From Balanoglossus misakiensis (taxonomy: Eukaryota > Animalia > Hemichordata), in assembly GCA_040954595.2 (NCBI GenBank), contig CM082595.2:8042317-8106316 (forward strand): DNA of 64,000 nt, in the 5' to 3' direction. A program made the position numbers and the translations under genes. Every line of letters starts with the position of its first letter. The first letter of the stretch is position 1. Below are positions 1 to 13,307 of the stretch, one piece after another. Below the pieces are notes generated by a model. That model was not told the DNA's origin, searched no databases, and saw only the letters and a list, made by a program, of their open reading frames with translations.

Positions 1-1407
1 CAATAATATTTGTTCACTTTATTTCTTGCTATTTCTCCCTTTTTATTATTTGCATTTAATCAGTAATCAATTTATTCAGCTATTTATTTTTATCATAAAA
101 CAATTGTATCCAGAAAATATGTAACTTTGTCCCCGTACAAGAAATTGCTTCCTGCACCCCTGAAAAAGTGAAAATGTGCAAATCTAAGCAACAAAATATC
201 ATTAAGGAAATTCAACTTTTTGGTGCATTTAATCTCTTTTATTTAGTACTGTCTTTATGAAATTACATTCTCTAGTGAGAGCAGCGCAGAGACACAGGAG
301 AACAGAACTTTTGTCTCTCTTTTCGAGCGTCCACATCGCTTCATATATTGCTGTGGCGTTAAAGTCGGCTGTTACAATAACATTGATTGTGTAACAACGA
401 ACTACAAATTCTCACCAATATTCATAAGCTTGTCCATGCCATCGTCAATGAAAACGGCACTGGCATTCTGATTTGTAGATCATACGGCGGAGTTGGTATT
501 CCCTGGAGAAAGTCGCTGTCGAGAATAGCCGATCTTGGTATTGGGAACATAGTCGAATAATGGATTTTGATAACAGCGGTATGCCATAGAAGCCTGCTCT
601 GTAGAAATATGTTTTGTCGGGACTGCAAAATCTGCCCGACACAAGTCCGACATTTGGCCGTCGTGCATTACCATGATAAACATGACAAGGCAAAGTTGTG
701 AAAAACCGACTTTGTCATCTCAAAAAAACCTGCCGGTGTACATGATGCAGAATTCCGGCATGCCAGTCGAAACTTTCCCGGTACCTTTTTGTTGATGGCG
801 AATACCGTTTGCCACACGAAATTTCGACGTGTCATTTGTGAAGTCACAACAGACCTGGCTGTATGATGCGACAATCTACGACAAGAATCACGTGGTTCTC
901 AGTTGCATTTAAATTTTTATTCGTAATCTGCTCTTTAAAAACTGTATATCATGTTCTGACAGACTTCACCTTTACCAGAAAATGCATTTAGTTAAATCGT
1001 ATAGATTTTCGAAGTTCTAAGTATCAATCACAATTTCGGAAAAAAATGCATGGTTGTCTCTATACATGGTTTCTATATATCTACCCAGTGCCCGTCAGTA
1101 GCCAAAACCACTTAACTGTGCAACCCGGTCGGGCATTTTTTTTCTATCAAACACAAACAAAAATCTATTCATGGATGCGTCAATGAAGCACGCCAAAACA
1201 GGATCCCAACCAATCACAACGATGTACTATTTCTGGCCATGTTACACCGATGTTTTTACGTGATATGGCGGCAGATGTATGACCTGTCATACTGTCCCTA
1301 CGTTCCAACAAGTCAGCTACTGACCGGAAAATTAATTTTTTGGTGAAAAAACATTTTATTGTTTATATTGTTTAACGTTAAAATTTTACTCTGTCTCTGG
1401 GCATGCA

Positions 1408-1608
1408 AGCCTTACCCTATGTGCAGCGCAATATATTATTAGCATGCTTGTCGCACATCACCAATCAAGTATGCCTAGGTTGGCATTATATGCAATAATT
1501 GAAGCATTGGTGGCCTAGTTGGGTGGCTAGATGGTGGGCCATCCAGCCACCCAACCAGCCCAACAAGGCTACAATTATTGCAGCTAGGCAGGCATGGAAT
1601 GTAAGGCT
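1408..1608. mobile_element. Small palindromic (foldback/MITE-like) element
   Basis: Nested inverted segments: agccttac/gtaaggct, tgcaataatt/aattattgca, and a central gttgggtggctagatgg/ccatccagccacccaac hairpin. Confidence 0.55.
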
Positions 1609-2094
1609 AATTGAATTCAATTACTCAGAATGACTATCCTCGAATCGTATAGCACAACGCAATTCGCTGATCGCGGTTTCGGCGGTCAAATCATAGAAAG
1701 CTCGTACAGCAATTTTGTAACCAATCCAATAAGGGACCGTTCAGTTTTTACGGCTGGGGGGGGGGTTGGCAAGTTTGTGTCATCGGTTTTCAAAATCAGG
1801 CCAACCCCCCCTTCACCCAGGACCCAAAAAACGACGACACCCCCCCTTGACAGGCCTAACAATATGATGACCCCCCCCCCCTCTCCGAAAACATTCGCCG
1901 TCATGATCCTATGTACACTGTATGCAATAAAGGGAATGAGGCTCCTCAACACGTCAATTATAATTTTCTTAAAGTAATTGAAGTATATAATAGTATATCG
2001 TTGCAATAAAGAAATCTATGAATAAATTAAAATGACAAGTCAATACAATAGTTGGTAGGATTGGTAAAGCAAGAAAAGTGTCGGGGTTGGGCGT

Positions 2095-2560
2095 GGGAGG
2101 GGGTGTCCCCCTCCCACATAAGAAAATTTTGTAAAATACGGTGCTCAAAGTTGCATTTTAATGAACTCAAAAGCAAATTAACTCAATGTTAGGGAGGAAT
2201 TTTTTTTTAATTTTGCCACTCCACTCAAAGTAAGCATCGGGGATGGGCCTGGCAAGAAGCGTGCCCTGGTACACTAGACAAACCAGCGAATAAATGCAAT
2301 GTGGTGAAGAATGGAGGGGGTGTCCCCCTCCCACATAAGAATTTTTTTTGTAAAATACGGTGATCAAAGTTGCATTTTAACGAACTCAAAGGCATATTAA
2401 CTCAATGTTGGCGAGGACAAATTTTAATGTTGACACTCCACTCAAAGTAAGCATCGGTGGGGTGGGGTGGCAAGTAGTCTGCCCTGGTACACTAGACAAA
2501 CCAGCCAATAAATGAAATGTGGCGAAGAATGAAGGGGGTGGGTTCGGGAGGGGGTGTCCC
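2095..2560. repeat. Imperfect ~220-bp tandem duplication
   Basis: tgtccccctcccacataaga...gtaaaatacggtg...ccactcaaagtaagcatcgg...tacactagacaaaccagc occurs twice. Confidence 0.8.
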
Positions 2561-2982
2561 CAATCTGATTAAAATCAGATGTAGGGAACGGCGACGTGGT
2601 TTTTTATGCTGTCGCCTCACACTACATCTGACCAACTCTCACTGGAGCTCCCGTTGAAATCGACGGGATTTACTGGGCGAATAAACCAATCAGAAGGCGC
2701 CTTATAGCAAACGATAGGCATCCCACAATCACATGACCTAGCCCCTTGGGTTGTTACCATGGAGCCACCACAATCTGATTAAAATCAGATGTAGGGAACG
2801 GCGACTTGTTTTTTTATGCTGTCGCCTCACACTACATCTGACCAACTCTCAATGGAGATCCCGCTGAACTCTACGAGATTTACTGGGAATATAAACCAAT
2901 CAGAAGGCGCCTTATAGCAAATGATAGGCAACCCACAATCACATGACCTGGCCCCTTGCGGTTGTTACCATGGAGCTACCAC
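2561..2982. repeat. 210-bp tandem duplication
   Basis: caatctgattaaaatcagatgtagggaacggcgac starts at 2561 and again at 2771; both copies end gttgttaccatggagc. Confidence 0.9.
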
Positions 2983-3231
2983 AGACATATATCCCGGGCG
3001 CGAGAGTCGAATCAGCGTGGGGAATGGTTTCGAGCCAGTTCAGCGTGACGACTGAACCTCTATATTCCACCGGTCAACGAAATGTATAAGACGTGGCAAC
3101 AAGTCGCAGTAAAATTGTTAGACAATCGATTAAATTTGTGTAAGGCCGTCCCAGGGAGAGATTCTGTCGCCACGATCGTTTGTATACACCAGCAGAGTGT
3201 ACCGACCGACTGCACAGTGCACTGATTTGAC

Positions 3232-3472
3232 TAGCTCTGCGTGCAGGTCTGTGTGTTCCCGGCGTTACACGGACGTTAGAAGAAGTTAAACGCATCATAT
3301 TTGGGGTCGGTTGAAGTAATAAGGGAAAGGATTTTGCTTCGATAAAATCGAATTTCGACAGAAAAAGCTGCGGTCGGGCGTCCGGGTCCGGACCGCAGGC
3401 GCACCAGTTTTGTCTATGGGGCCTTATGCAGGGCTGTGGTGCGTCGGGAACACACAGACCTGAACGCAGCTA
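3232..3472. mobile_element. MITE with TAG...CTA termini and 4-bp TSD (Academ-like ends)
   Basis: ~30-bp TIRs tagctctgcgtgcaggtctgtgtgttcccggcg / cgtcgggaacacacagacctgaacgcagcta, with tgac on both flanks. Confidence 0.75.
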
Positions 3473-3974
3473 TGACTTGACATTCCTTAGCCGAAGTTAG
3501 TGTTCTTTTTAAAAATCTGTCACATAAATTGTTTTGGGATACATGGCAGTGAAATTTGGTTTATTTTTTATAAACTTTTACATGAAGTACGTCATTTTCC
3601 CCGACTGGCAGCATGACTACGAGGGCGAACATGACGACTTGTTAGGAGAGCGCCAGGCTTATAAATTCCGGCAAACATTATTTGGGCGATACCATTTTGT
3701 GGTAGGTATCACTACACGCCAGTCATGCAAACATGCACTGACTGGCCTTCGGATTACTACTACGGTCTCACTTGTTGCAAAAATCGAACGGTTTTAGCCG
3801 GTAAACACAGATGGATTAACTCTTAAATCTATCCTGCGCCCAAACGCGCTCCAGTCGGTTTAGTCATTGTTTATGCAAAAGGAAATGCAAAATGTAGCAG
3901 AAGCTTCATATAACATAATATAGAATACACAAACAGACAGACAAATAAACAAGCAAACAAACAAACAAAAGTTA

Positions 3975-4230
3975 GGGACTGTTCAGATTTTACTTCCAGG
4001 GTGGGGCCGGAGGATTTTTTATTTTCCTGGTGATTGTTTTTTCCATGGACGTACCCCCAGTAAATTGTGGAGGAAATCTGTTGTACCCCTTAAATTTCCT
4101 GGGGGTTTTCCATGGTCCCCCAAAAGGATTGTGATTTTTATGTCTATTCCTCCCTAAATTGTTCTTGGAGAAAATGGGCGGTCCCTCCTGAAAATCCTCC
4201 GCCCCCCGGAAGTAAATCCCGAACAGTCCC
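3975..4230. mobile_element. MITE, probably PIF/Harbinger-type
   Basis: TIRs gggactgttcagattttacttcc / ggaagtaaatcccgaacagtccc; left flank is tta, right TSD not preserved. Confidence 0.7.
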
Positions 4231-5297
4231 AGCTAGCACCCTTGCTTCACTGCCAGAGGAGCGACAGCATCAACAAAATGCAGATACACAAGAAATAAGC
4301 AGTATATTCCACAAGTGAAGAATCCCAGTTACAGACGTTACGAACAAACAAACTACCAACAACAAAGCTGGTCTCTGTTACCCATTCGCCTTTGCAAAGG
4401 CATCTGGGTAACCAAGACTACAACAAAGCAAGAAAAGGGTCAAGCGTCGTCAAAGAAAACGTAAAAAATCCAGCATGGGTGGTAAAAGTTATTGGTATAA
4501 AACGAATAGGGCCTTCTAGAAATGACGTCTCAGACCCGCAAATGCCACCAGAACACAAAACTTATGTACAGTATAAGCCGGTTGTTGTATGGAGCAGCAA
4601 TAATCTGCGGTTGGGCCGTCGTAGATTTTCGTTGGTGGTGAAAATAAAATAAAAAACGCGATCAAGGCTCAATTTTATTCCGGATCACATGCGGTTACGG
4701 CCAGAAGAGAGCATCAAAGTCTTCAAATGACCATGTGGTGGCGCACTTTTTTCGATTGGCTGTATTTCAATTTGTCCGTGGTAAATTTAATTTTTGCAGG
4801 TGACTGGCACGGAAACTCTTAGCAAGGTTGAGGTAGGATGAAAAAATGCCCCATTGACTCATTTTGGCTATTTTAAAATATGCAGTTTCATGGGGATGGA
4901 CTACTCGACTATCCCAGAGGGGTCTGGAAAATTGAGACTAGGGTGGACTTTTTACCAGATGTCTCCGTAAAATAGACTTTTATTTCATATCCCAAAAATG
5001 AGGTGATGTTCTCACCTGCTTTTCCCCCGACGATTTTTTCATGTCTTCTTGAGATCAAAACACTACATGAAACACTACATATACATTTTGTGAGTTGTCT
5101 TTTTTCGTTTTATGTTGGCATTAATTCAATCAGAATTTTTAATTCCTGTATTGTAAAAAGCTTGGGTTTTATGTTTCAGTTGCAGAGTGCTTAAATTTGG
5201 ACAATATGCTCGACTTGCGTGGCAATTCTGCAAATATATTTGAATTATTCTTTGGGATCCCCATCTATATTGTTTAATGCAATGAGTTGCGACCGTC

Positions 5298-8200
5298 ATT
5301 GGTTTGGACATGAGTTTGTTGTTTGCTGTTTGGTTGGTCATGGAGCAACAGTCATGGAGCAACACGTAACATTGCCTGGGGTGTTCAATTCTGTAAATGG
5401 CATGAGATAGTTGCATGTACCCGAGTCTAGTGAAACATCGTTTTTGGCGATGTGGATTTCATTATTGCGTGACTGTGCGGTGGGTCTCGATTCGTTCCTG
5501 TCAGACAGCCCAACAAGGACATACGCTTGACGTGCCTTAAAGGTATACGGTAACCTATGCAAATTTAGCTACAGTTACCATGGCAAATTGAGATACAGCC
5601 AATCACAAATATTCAGGAGGTGGCACACGCGACAATAAGAGCGCCACCATTTGTTCTTTAGAACACTAGGATACGCAAGTTTAGCCATTTATGGACATAT
5701 GCAAATTGGAGGGGATCGTGTATTAAGTTGTAGACTTTGTCCGACATCGTCCGGTCATCACGGCTGAAATACTCCCATTGCGCATTGCTTATAGATATTT
5801 TAGGTCGACCCCGGTGTAGTCTACTCCAATAGAAATGAAGAAAGTAAATATAAGATTACCGCCCGAAGTCTCAAACGTGAAAGCTATTTCAGTGGCACTA
5901 CAGTGGATAAACATTTAATCCGTGTATACTTCATGAAACTGAATCAGATAACTTTTATTCAAACCAAATAAATGAAACATATGAAGAGAGGCCTATCTTG
6001 ATTAAACACATAAATCTGATATTTTATCATATTAGGTAACTCAATATTTTACACTTGACGTATTTTACCAATAACACAATGTTTCAGCGAACCCGTCAGA
6101 AGCAACTTTAGCAGAATACATTTCCTTGATTTACGTTACATGGTTTAATTCGAGAGACATTTCTCAATAAAATCAAAAGTCACAGTTCATATATTTTATA
6201 GAAACGGTCCAATTTGTCGAGTGCGCACTGACAAGACATGCATCGTGCATAGACCACTACGCGGATAGGGTATCTGCAATGCATGATGGTATAATTTGCG
6301 TTCAACATAGCGTCTACTGCATGGCTAACGCACGCGCTCAGAACGCAAACTATCCCACAACACCCTGTGTTATGCTATCCGCGAAGTGGTCCATGGCAGT
6401 GACAACAATTCCTATGGAGCAGTTAAGAAATAAACCGGCCGGCCGTAAATTCATTGGCTGTATTTTTTGTATTTATTTGATTTGAAAGGTCGCGTTTTCC
6501 CTGTTGCATGCGATTAGTTCAGGGCCAGTTTCAGCAGTGCTCTATTGAGTACTTTCGTATCGATGGATTGAGCTCTCGTCCAATCAGAATGGCGGATGGT
6601 AGCATGATCTGACATATTGCGTATTGCAATAGGCCTTCCCCAGATAGGTCAGAACGGAGAGGTCATTCCCCTGAGCTTCTTTGTCTTTTCTATTATTTTT
6701 TGACAAATGCGGATTGACGTTCCGTTTCTACATGGCCATGACTGATATTTATTTACGTTTCATAGCGTAAGCGCTTGCTATTCGTTTCGCAATTGTTTTC
6801 GTAGTACAAACAAATTGAAGAAGACGAAATATATTATCTATGTCCCTAATGAGATAATCGGGGTTACATAATCGCACTTCCAAAGAACGCCGTGACAGAA
6901 TTCATCAGTTGGCGAGGCGCATTCTCCACCCGCACACAATTGGTTTGGACATGAGTTTGTTGTTTGCTGTTTGGTTGGTCATGGAGCAACAGTCATGGAG
7001 CAACACGTAACATTGCCTGGGGTGTTCAATTCTGTAAATGCCATGAGATAGTTGCATGTACCCGAGTCTAGTGAAACATCGTTTTTGGCGATGTGGATTT
7101 CATTATTGCGTGACTGTGGGTCTCGATTCGTTCCTGTCAGACAGCCCAACAAGGACATACGCTTGACGTGCCTTAAAGGTATACGGTAACCTATGCAAAT
7201 TTAGCTACTGTTACCATGGCAAATTGAGATACAGCCAATCACAGATATTCAGGAGGTGGCACACGCGACAATAAGAGCGCCACCATTTGTTCTTTAGAAC
7301 ACTAGGATACGCAAGTTTAGCCATTTATGGACATATGCAAATTGGAGGGGATCGTGTATTAAGTTGTAGACTTTGTCCGACATCGTCCGGTCATCACGGC
7401 TGAAATACTCCCATTGCGCATTGCTTATAGATATTTTAGGTCGACCCCGGTGTAGTCTACTCCAATAGAAATGAAGAAAGTAAATATAAGATTACCGCCC
7501 GAAGTCTCAAACGTGAAAGCTATTTCAGTGGCACTACAGTGGATAAACATTTAATCCGTGTATACTTCATGAAACTGAATCAGATAACTTTTATTCAAAC
7601 CAAATAAATGAAACATATGAAGAGAGGCCTATCTTGATTAAACACATAAATCTGATATTTTATCATATTAGGTAACTCAATATTTTACACTTGACGTATT
7701 TTACCAATAACACAATGTTTCAGCGAACCCGTCAGAAGCAACTTTAGCAGAATACATTTCCTTGATTTACGTTACATGGTTTAATTCGAGAGACATTTCT
7801 CAATAAAATCAAAAGTCACAGTTCATATATTTTATAGAAACGGTCCAATTTGTCGAGTGCGCACTGACAAGACATGCATCGTGCATAGACCACTACGCGG
7901 ATAGGGTATCTGCAATGCATGATGGTATAATTTGCGTTCAACATAGCGTCTACTGCATGGCTAACGCACGCGCTCAGAACGCAAACTATCCCACAACACC
8001 CTGTGTTATGCTATCCGCGAAGTGGTCCATGGCAGTGACAACAATTCCTATGGAGCAGTTAAGAAATAAACCGGCCGGCCGTAAATTCATTGGCTGTATT
8101 TTTTGTATTTATTTGATTTGAAAGGTCGCGTTTTCCCTGTTGCATGCGATTAGTTCAGGGCCAGTTTCAGCAGTGCTCTATTGAGTACTTTCGTATCGAT

Positions 8201-10212
8201 GGATTGAGCTCTCGTCCAATCAGAATGGCGGATGGTAGCATGATCTGACATATTGCGTATTGCAATAGGCCTTCCCCAGATAGGTCAGAACGGAGAGGTC
8301 ATTCCCCTGAGCTTCTTTGTCTTTTCTATTATTTTTTGACAAATGCGGATTGACGTTCCGTTTCTACATGGCCATGACTGATATTTATTTACGTTTCATA
8401 GCGTAAGCGCTTGCTATTCGTTTCGCAATTGTTTTCGTAGTACAAACAAATTGAAGAAGACGAAATATATTATCTATGTCCCTAATGAGATAATCGGGGT
8501 TACATAATCGCACTTCCAAAGAACGCCGTGACAGAATTCATCAGTTGGCGAGGCGCATTCTCCACCCGCACACAATTGGTTTGGACATGAGTTTGTTGTT
8601 TGCTGTTTGGTTGGTCATGGAGCAACAGTCATGGAGCAACACGTAACATTGCCTGGGGTGTTCAATTCTGTAAATGCCATGAGATAGTTGCATGTACCCG
8701 AGTCTAGTGAAACATCGTTTTTGGCGATGTGGATTTCATTATTGCGTGACTGTGGGTCTCGATTCGTTCCTGTCAGACAGCCCAACAAGGACATACGCTT
8801 GACGTGCCTTAAAGGTATACGGTAACCTATGCAAATTTAGCTACTGTTACCATGGCAAATTGAGATACAGCCAATCACAGATATTCAGGAGGTGGCACAC
8901 GCGACAATAAGAGCGCCACCATTTGTTCTTTAGAACACTAGGATACGCAAGTTTAGCCATTTATGGACATATGCAAATTGGAGGGGATCGTGTATTAACT
9001 TGTAGACTTTGTCCGACATCGTCCGGTCATCACGGCTGAAATACTCCCATTGCGCATTGCTTATAGATATTTTAGGTCGACCCCGGTGTAGTCTACTCCA
9101 ATAGAAATGAAGAAAGTAAATATAAGATTACCGCCCGAAGTCTCAAACGTGAAAGCCATTTCAGTGGCACTACAGTGGATAAACATTTAATCCGTGTATA
9201 CTTCATGAAACTGAATCAGATAACTTTTATTCATACAAAATAAATGAAACATATGAAGAGAGGCCTATCTTGATTAAACACATAAATCTGATATTTTATC
9301 ATATTAGGTAACTCAATATTTTACACTTGACGTATTTTACCAATAACACAATGTTTCAGCGAACCCGTCAGGAGCAACTTTAGCAGCATACATTTCCTTG
9401 ATTTACGTTACATGGTCTTAATTCGAGAGACATTTCTCAATAAAATCAATAGTCACAGTTCATATTTTTTATAGAAACGGTCCAATTTGTCGAGTGCGCA
9501 CTGACAAGACATGCATCGTGCATAGACCACTATGCGGATAGGGTATCTGCAATGCATGATGGTATAATTTGCGTTCAACATAGCGTCTACTGCATGGCTA
9601 ATGCACGCGCTCAGAACGCAAACTATCCCACAACACCCTGTGTTATGCTATCCGCGAAGTGGTCCATGGCAGTGACAACAATTCCTATAGAGCAGTTAAG
9701 AAATAAACCGGCCGGCCGTAAATTCATTGGCTGTATTTTTTGTATTTATTTGATTTGAAAGGTCGCGTTTTCCCTGTTGCATGCAATTAGTTCAGGGCCA
9801 GTTTCAGCAGTGCTCTATTGAGTACTTTCGTATCAATGGATTGAGCTCTCGTCCAATCAGAATGGCGGATGGTAGCATGATCTGACATATTGCGTATTGC
9901 AATAGGCCTTCCCCAGATAGGTCAGAACGGAGAGGTCATTCCCCTGAGCTTCTTTGTCTTTTCTATTATTTTTTGACAAATGCGGATTGACGTTCCGTTT
10001 CTACATGGCCATGACTGATATTTATTTACGTTTCATAGCGTAAGCGCTTGCTATTCGTTTCGCAATTGTTTTCGTAGTACAAACAAATTGAAGAAGACAA
10101 AATATATTATCTATGTCCCTAATGAGATAATCGGTTACATAATCGCACTTCCAAAGAACGCCGTGACAGAGAATTCATCAGTTGGCGAGGCGCATTCTCC
10201 ACCTGCACACAA
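5298..10212. repeat. Three head-to-tail copies of a ~1636-bp unit
   Basis: attggtttggacatgag starts at 5298, 6939 and 8575; the same 68-aa ORF recurs at 6279, 7915 and 9552; copies are near-identical. Each holds one end of the TTAA MITE seen complete at 47786. Confidence 0.97.
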
Positions 10213-10297
10213 ACGTTGCACTGCATACTTTGACTAATTAGAATGCGAAAGCAAGATTCTGATTGAGTAGTAACTAATTTGCATAATTGACGAGCAG

Positions 10298-10412
10298 GTG
10301 CTGCCTCGTTCTCGTACCGCTGACCGTTGCATTTGAAAAATCATTGCAGCTTCGACGTTCATCAAGCATGGAGGTCCCGGTCGCCTCCATGCTTGATGAT
10401 GTCGTTTCTCTG
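10298..10412 (+). ncRNA. Putative non-coding exon A0 containing a pre-miRNA-sized hairpin
   Basis: Branch-like ctaat, acceptor gcag|, donor |gtaagcatg (same context as exons A1-A3); perfect 16-bp stem 10359-10374 / 10384-10399. Confidence 0.5.
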
Positions 10413-10657
10413 GTAAGCATGGCATTTACTGTAATTTTACAAGTACATGTACACTCCTTCTAGCAAAAACTGGTCGTGGTAGGGCGAGAGTGTCCTCCCA
10501 ACATCGAAATTCTGACTTAGGGAAGCGTTACAGCGCCAAACAGTAAACTCACAGTCGCATGGAATTCATGCGTTGTTTTACACCGTGCGAGTAAATTGTA
10601 CGTCGTTCGTGGCCTCGAGTCAGCTTTGTCATTGTGGGGCAGGTGGTACCGTAACAC

Positions 10658-11071
10658 CACAGGGGGCTCTCCCTCCGCAATTTTATTGTGTGTTTGTTTG
10701 TTGTTGTTGTTGATTGGCATTATAAACAAATACATATTTCTTTGTCAATAAATATGGTTTGTTGACATGTAAGGGTTAGGTTATTAGGGTATATTTGACA
10801 GGTTATGGTATATTCAACTGTTAGTATTAGTGTTGGCATTTTTGCGATCCACGGCCAGCATCACCCTCTCTTCGTGGCTTAGTGATGCCCGGGGCCGTGG
10901 ATCGAAAAAAGTGCCAACACTAATGCTAACCGTTGAATATTCCCTAACACTTACATGTCAACAAACCATATTTATTAATAAAGAAATATGTATTTGTTTA
11001 TAATGCCAATCATCAACAACAACAACAACAAACAAACAAACAATAAAATCGCGGAGGGAGAGCCCCCTGTG
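10658..11071. mobile_element. 414-bp foldback element with 7-bp TSD
   Basis: Almost fully palindromic (cacagggggctctccctccgc...gcggagggagagccccctgtg); gtaacac duplicated at 10651-10657 and 11072-11078. Confidence 0.9.
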
Positions 11072-11274
11072 GTAACACACTACAGTATAACTTTTAAGGC
11101 AAAGCGATAGCGAATAAACTGACCAGAATTAGTTTTGTTGTTGGGGAGATTTTTGGCACCATCGAGACTGTTATAAGCTACCAGTGTCAGCTATGGCATA
11201 GCTGTTAACACGCAGCCCTGCCACGCAGAGCTACAATGACTGGTTACTAACTTCTATGTCTATTTGATTCACAG

Positions 11275-11349
11275 ATGCTGCCTGAAAATGTCTGCGTTTC
11301 AACTCGGGATTCTCTTCCTCGTCCGAGGCGAGTTTAAGACCGCTCAATG
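11275..11349 (+). ncRNA. Putative non-coding exon A1 (75 nt)
   Basis: ctaac branch site, tatttgattcacag| acceptor, |gtaggc donor; splice signals conserved in three paralogous copies. Confidence 0.6.
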
Positions 11350-11922
11350 GTAGGCATGACTTGCTATATATTTGCTTTTATCACGCGTTGCAAACGGTAC
11401 AATAGGAAGCAATGTATGTCTACGAACTAATTTACACATTCCAGCTTTCAATACTTGTTTTTTCCCCTTCGAATTCTGGCCTTGATTGCCTGTGATATGG
11501 TAGTGATGACATGAATTAAATGGACAACTCACAAGTTCAAATCTTCACATGGAGCATAGAATACATTTGGATGCATTTCATTAAACATATAGCTAAAATT
11601 ACTCCCATACCAATACACAGGGAGATACTGTAGCTTTGGCTGAACATGCGCTAGTCCAACACCATGCTTAATCAAACTGGCTAAGAAGTCTATTATCATA
11701 TTAGACTTATGAAGGACAGTAATGAGTAATGTTGTTTAAAGTGACAAAAACAATAATTTAGGTCAGAAAGAAAAATGTAAATCATGACACAAACAGGCTG
11801 GATATTTTTTCTGACCCTATATTATACCATGTTTTGCATATTTTCACTATTTAGTATTGCCCACATAATTCTAAAGCAAGGTTGATTGGTTACTTATTAA
11901 TATGCATATATTTGATTCACAG

Positions 11923-11995
11923 TCTTAAACACAGCATTTCAACGTATGCCGGAGGAGGGAGAGAATACCTAGGCCTGATCCAAGACCGCTTTCCG
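11923..11995 (+). ncRNA. Putative non-coding exon B1 (73 nt)
   Basis: tatttgattcacag| acceptor, |gtaagc donor; complementary to exon A1. Confidence 0.6.
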
Positions 11996-13307
11996 GTAAG
12001 CACAACTTGCTGTATACATGCTCCATAGCTTGTTTGTAAAGGCTACCTTTTCCCATCAAACAGTGAAGTCGCCCTTTCAAAATTATGGTGGTGGCAAGCC
12101 ACAACTGGTTATCATGAAGAGTTGGACACCACTAATAATCATTTTAATATTTTCCAATGGGTAACCTTTATGTAACACTATCCTCAACAATTTCAGTCAA
12201 CAAGATTTATATTTCGCTGTATAGCAAGGCCGAACAAATATGACTGATTGATAGGGATTTATCTGAAAATATGACAAAATCAACAAATACAGAATAATAA
12301 GTCACCAAACATGTATCATGTTTTATTCGAGGGAACATGAGCAGGGTCCCATAAACCTGCCAACCCATGCTACCCATGACTTTACAAATGTTTCCGTCAT
12401 ACTATGCAGAAAATTCTGGCTGCTTTAAATAGGTTTTCACTTTGCGCTAGGGGGTCAAATCCCATTGCATTCTGGGCGAAAAGTTCACAACCAACTGTAG
12501 TAAGAGATAGAAGAAATGATATGTTTACTGTATTTCATGACTTCCTTTGGTCAAACATGTCTGTCTCTGTAGTTAGCATATTAAACCCATTAAACTGTTT
12601 TTCACATTTTGTTATTTTTTCTGTTAAAAAGTTCCAGAATGACCCATCATCACTTTAGCATATGAACTCCCATTTCTTTAACATGGCAAAAATCGGCCAT
12701 CTTGAAATTGTCGACCGTATGAGATTTTCATCGCTCACTTAGGGTAGCTTAAAACGTATTTCAGGGGAGAATTGTATAGGCATGACTTGGTCTGTAAATT
12801 TGATGAAATACCTACCTGCAAATTGTTCACAAGCAGCTGACTGTACTGAAAGACTGGAAGTGTTGTGTACTTATTTTACATATTCAATATTTGTAATTAG
12901 ACCATGTCATGTATATCTTGGGGATTGCTCGATCGCAATGTCTCTGCTGGTACAATGTCCTTTTAACTTGTACAGTAATATGGTAGTGATTGTAAGTTTG
13001 TGTGCAGCATTTGTAAATTATTTTCAATTTATAAATTATTTCTAAGTTTCTTCATTCTCAAATTGCTTGCCCAACTGCATTAAAATTTAAATTTTGGTAT
13101 GATTTTGAGTAGGCTTTCTGTTTCAAATTTATTTTCTACAATTTTTGCAATTTTTTGGTAAAATGATTTTCCATGGAAAATCTGATTTCCCTGTAATTCG
13201 GTTGACAGGATTTTCACCAGATCTCTAAATCATGAAGTACATGTATCAGAATTGCATCGCCCCCTCCCCCCCAAAAAAAAATTCTAGTCACCCTTGGCAT
13301 GTAGTAT

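Noticed and set aside
6279-9758. Three copies of a 68-aa ORF as a gene family
   Set aside because: Simply carried by the tandem unit; no recognisable domain or splice structure
11500-11645. Intronic C/D snoRNA (RTGATGA box present in all three intron copies)
   Set aside because: No terminal stem, no D box conserved in the third copy, and no rRNA guide recognised
11275-11995. A1+B1 as a coding exon pair (MSAFQLGILFLVRGEFKTAQCLKHSISTYAGGGREYLGLIQDRFP)
   Set aside because: The frame is open, but the ATG is lost in copy 2, the frame is closed in copy 3, and continuing into A2 hits a stop; a micropeptide cannot be fully excluded
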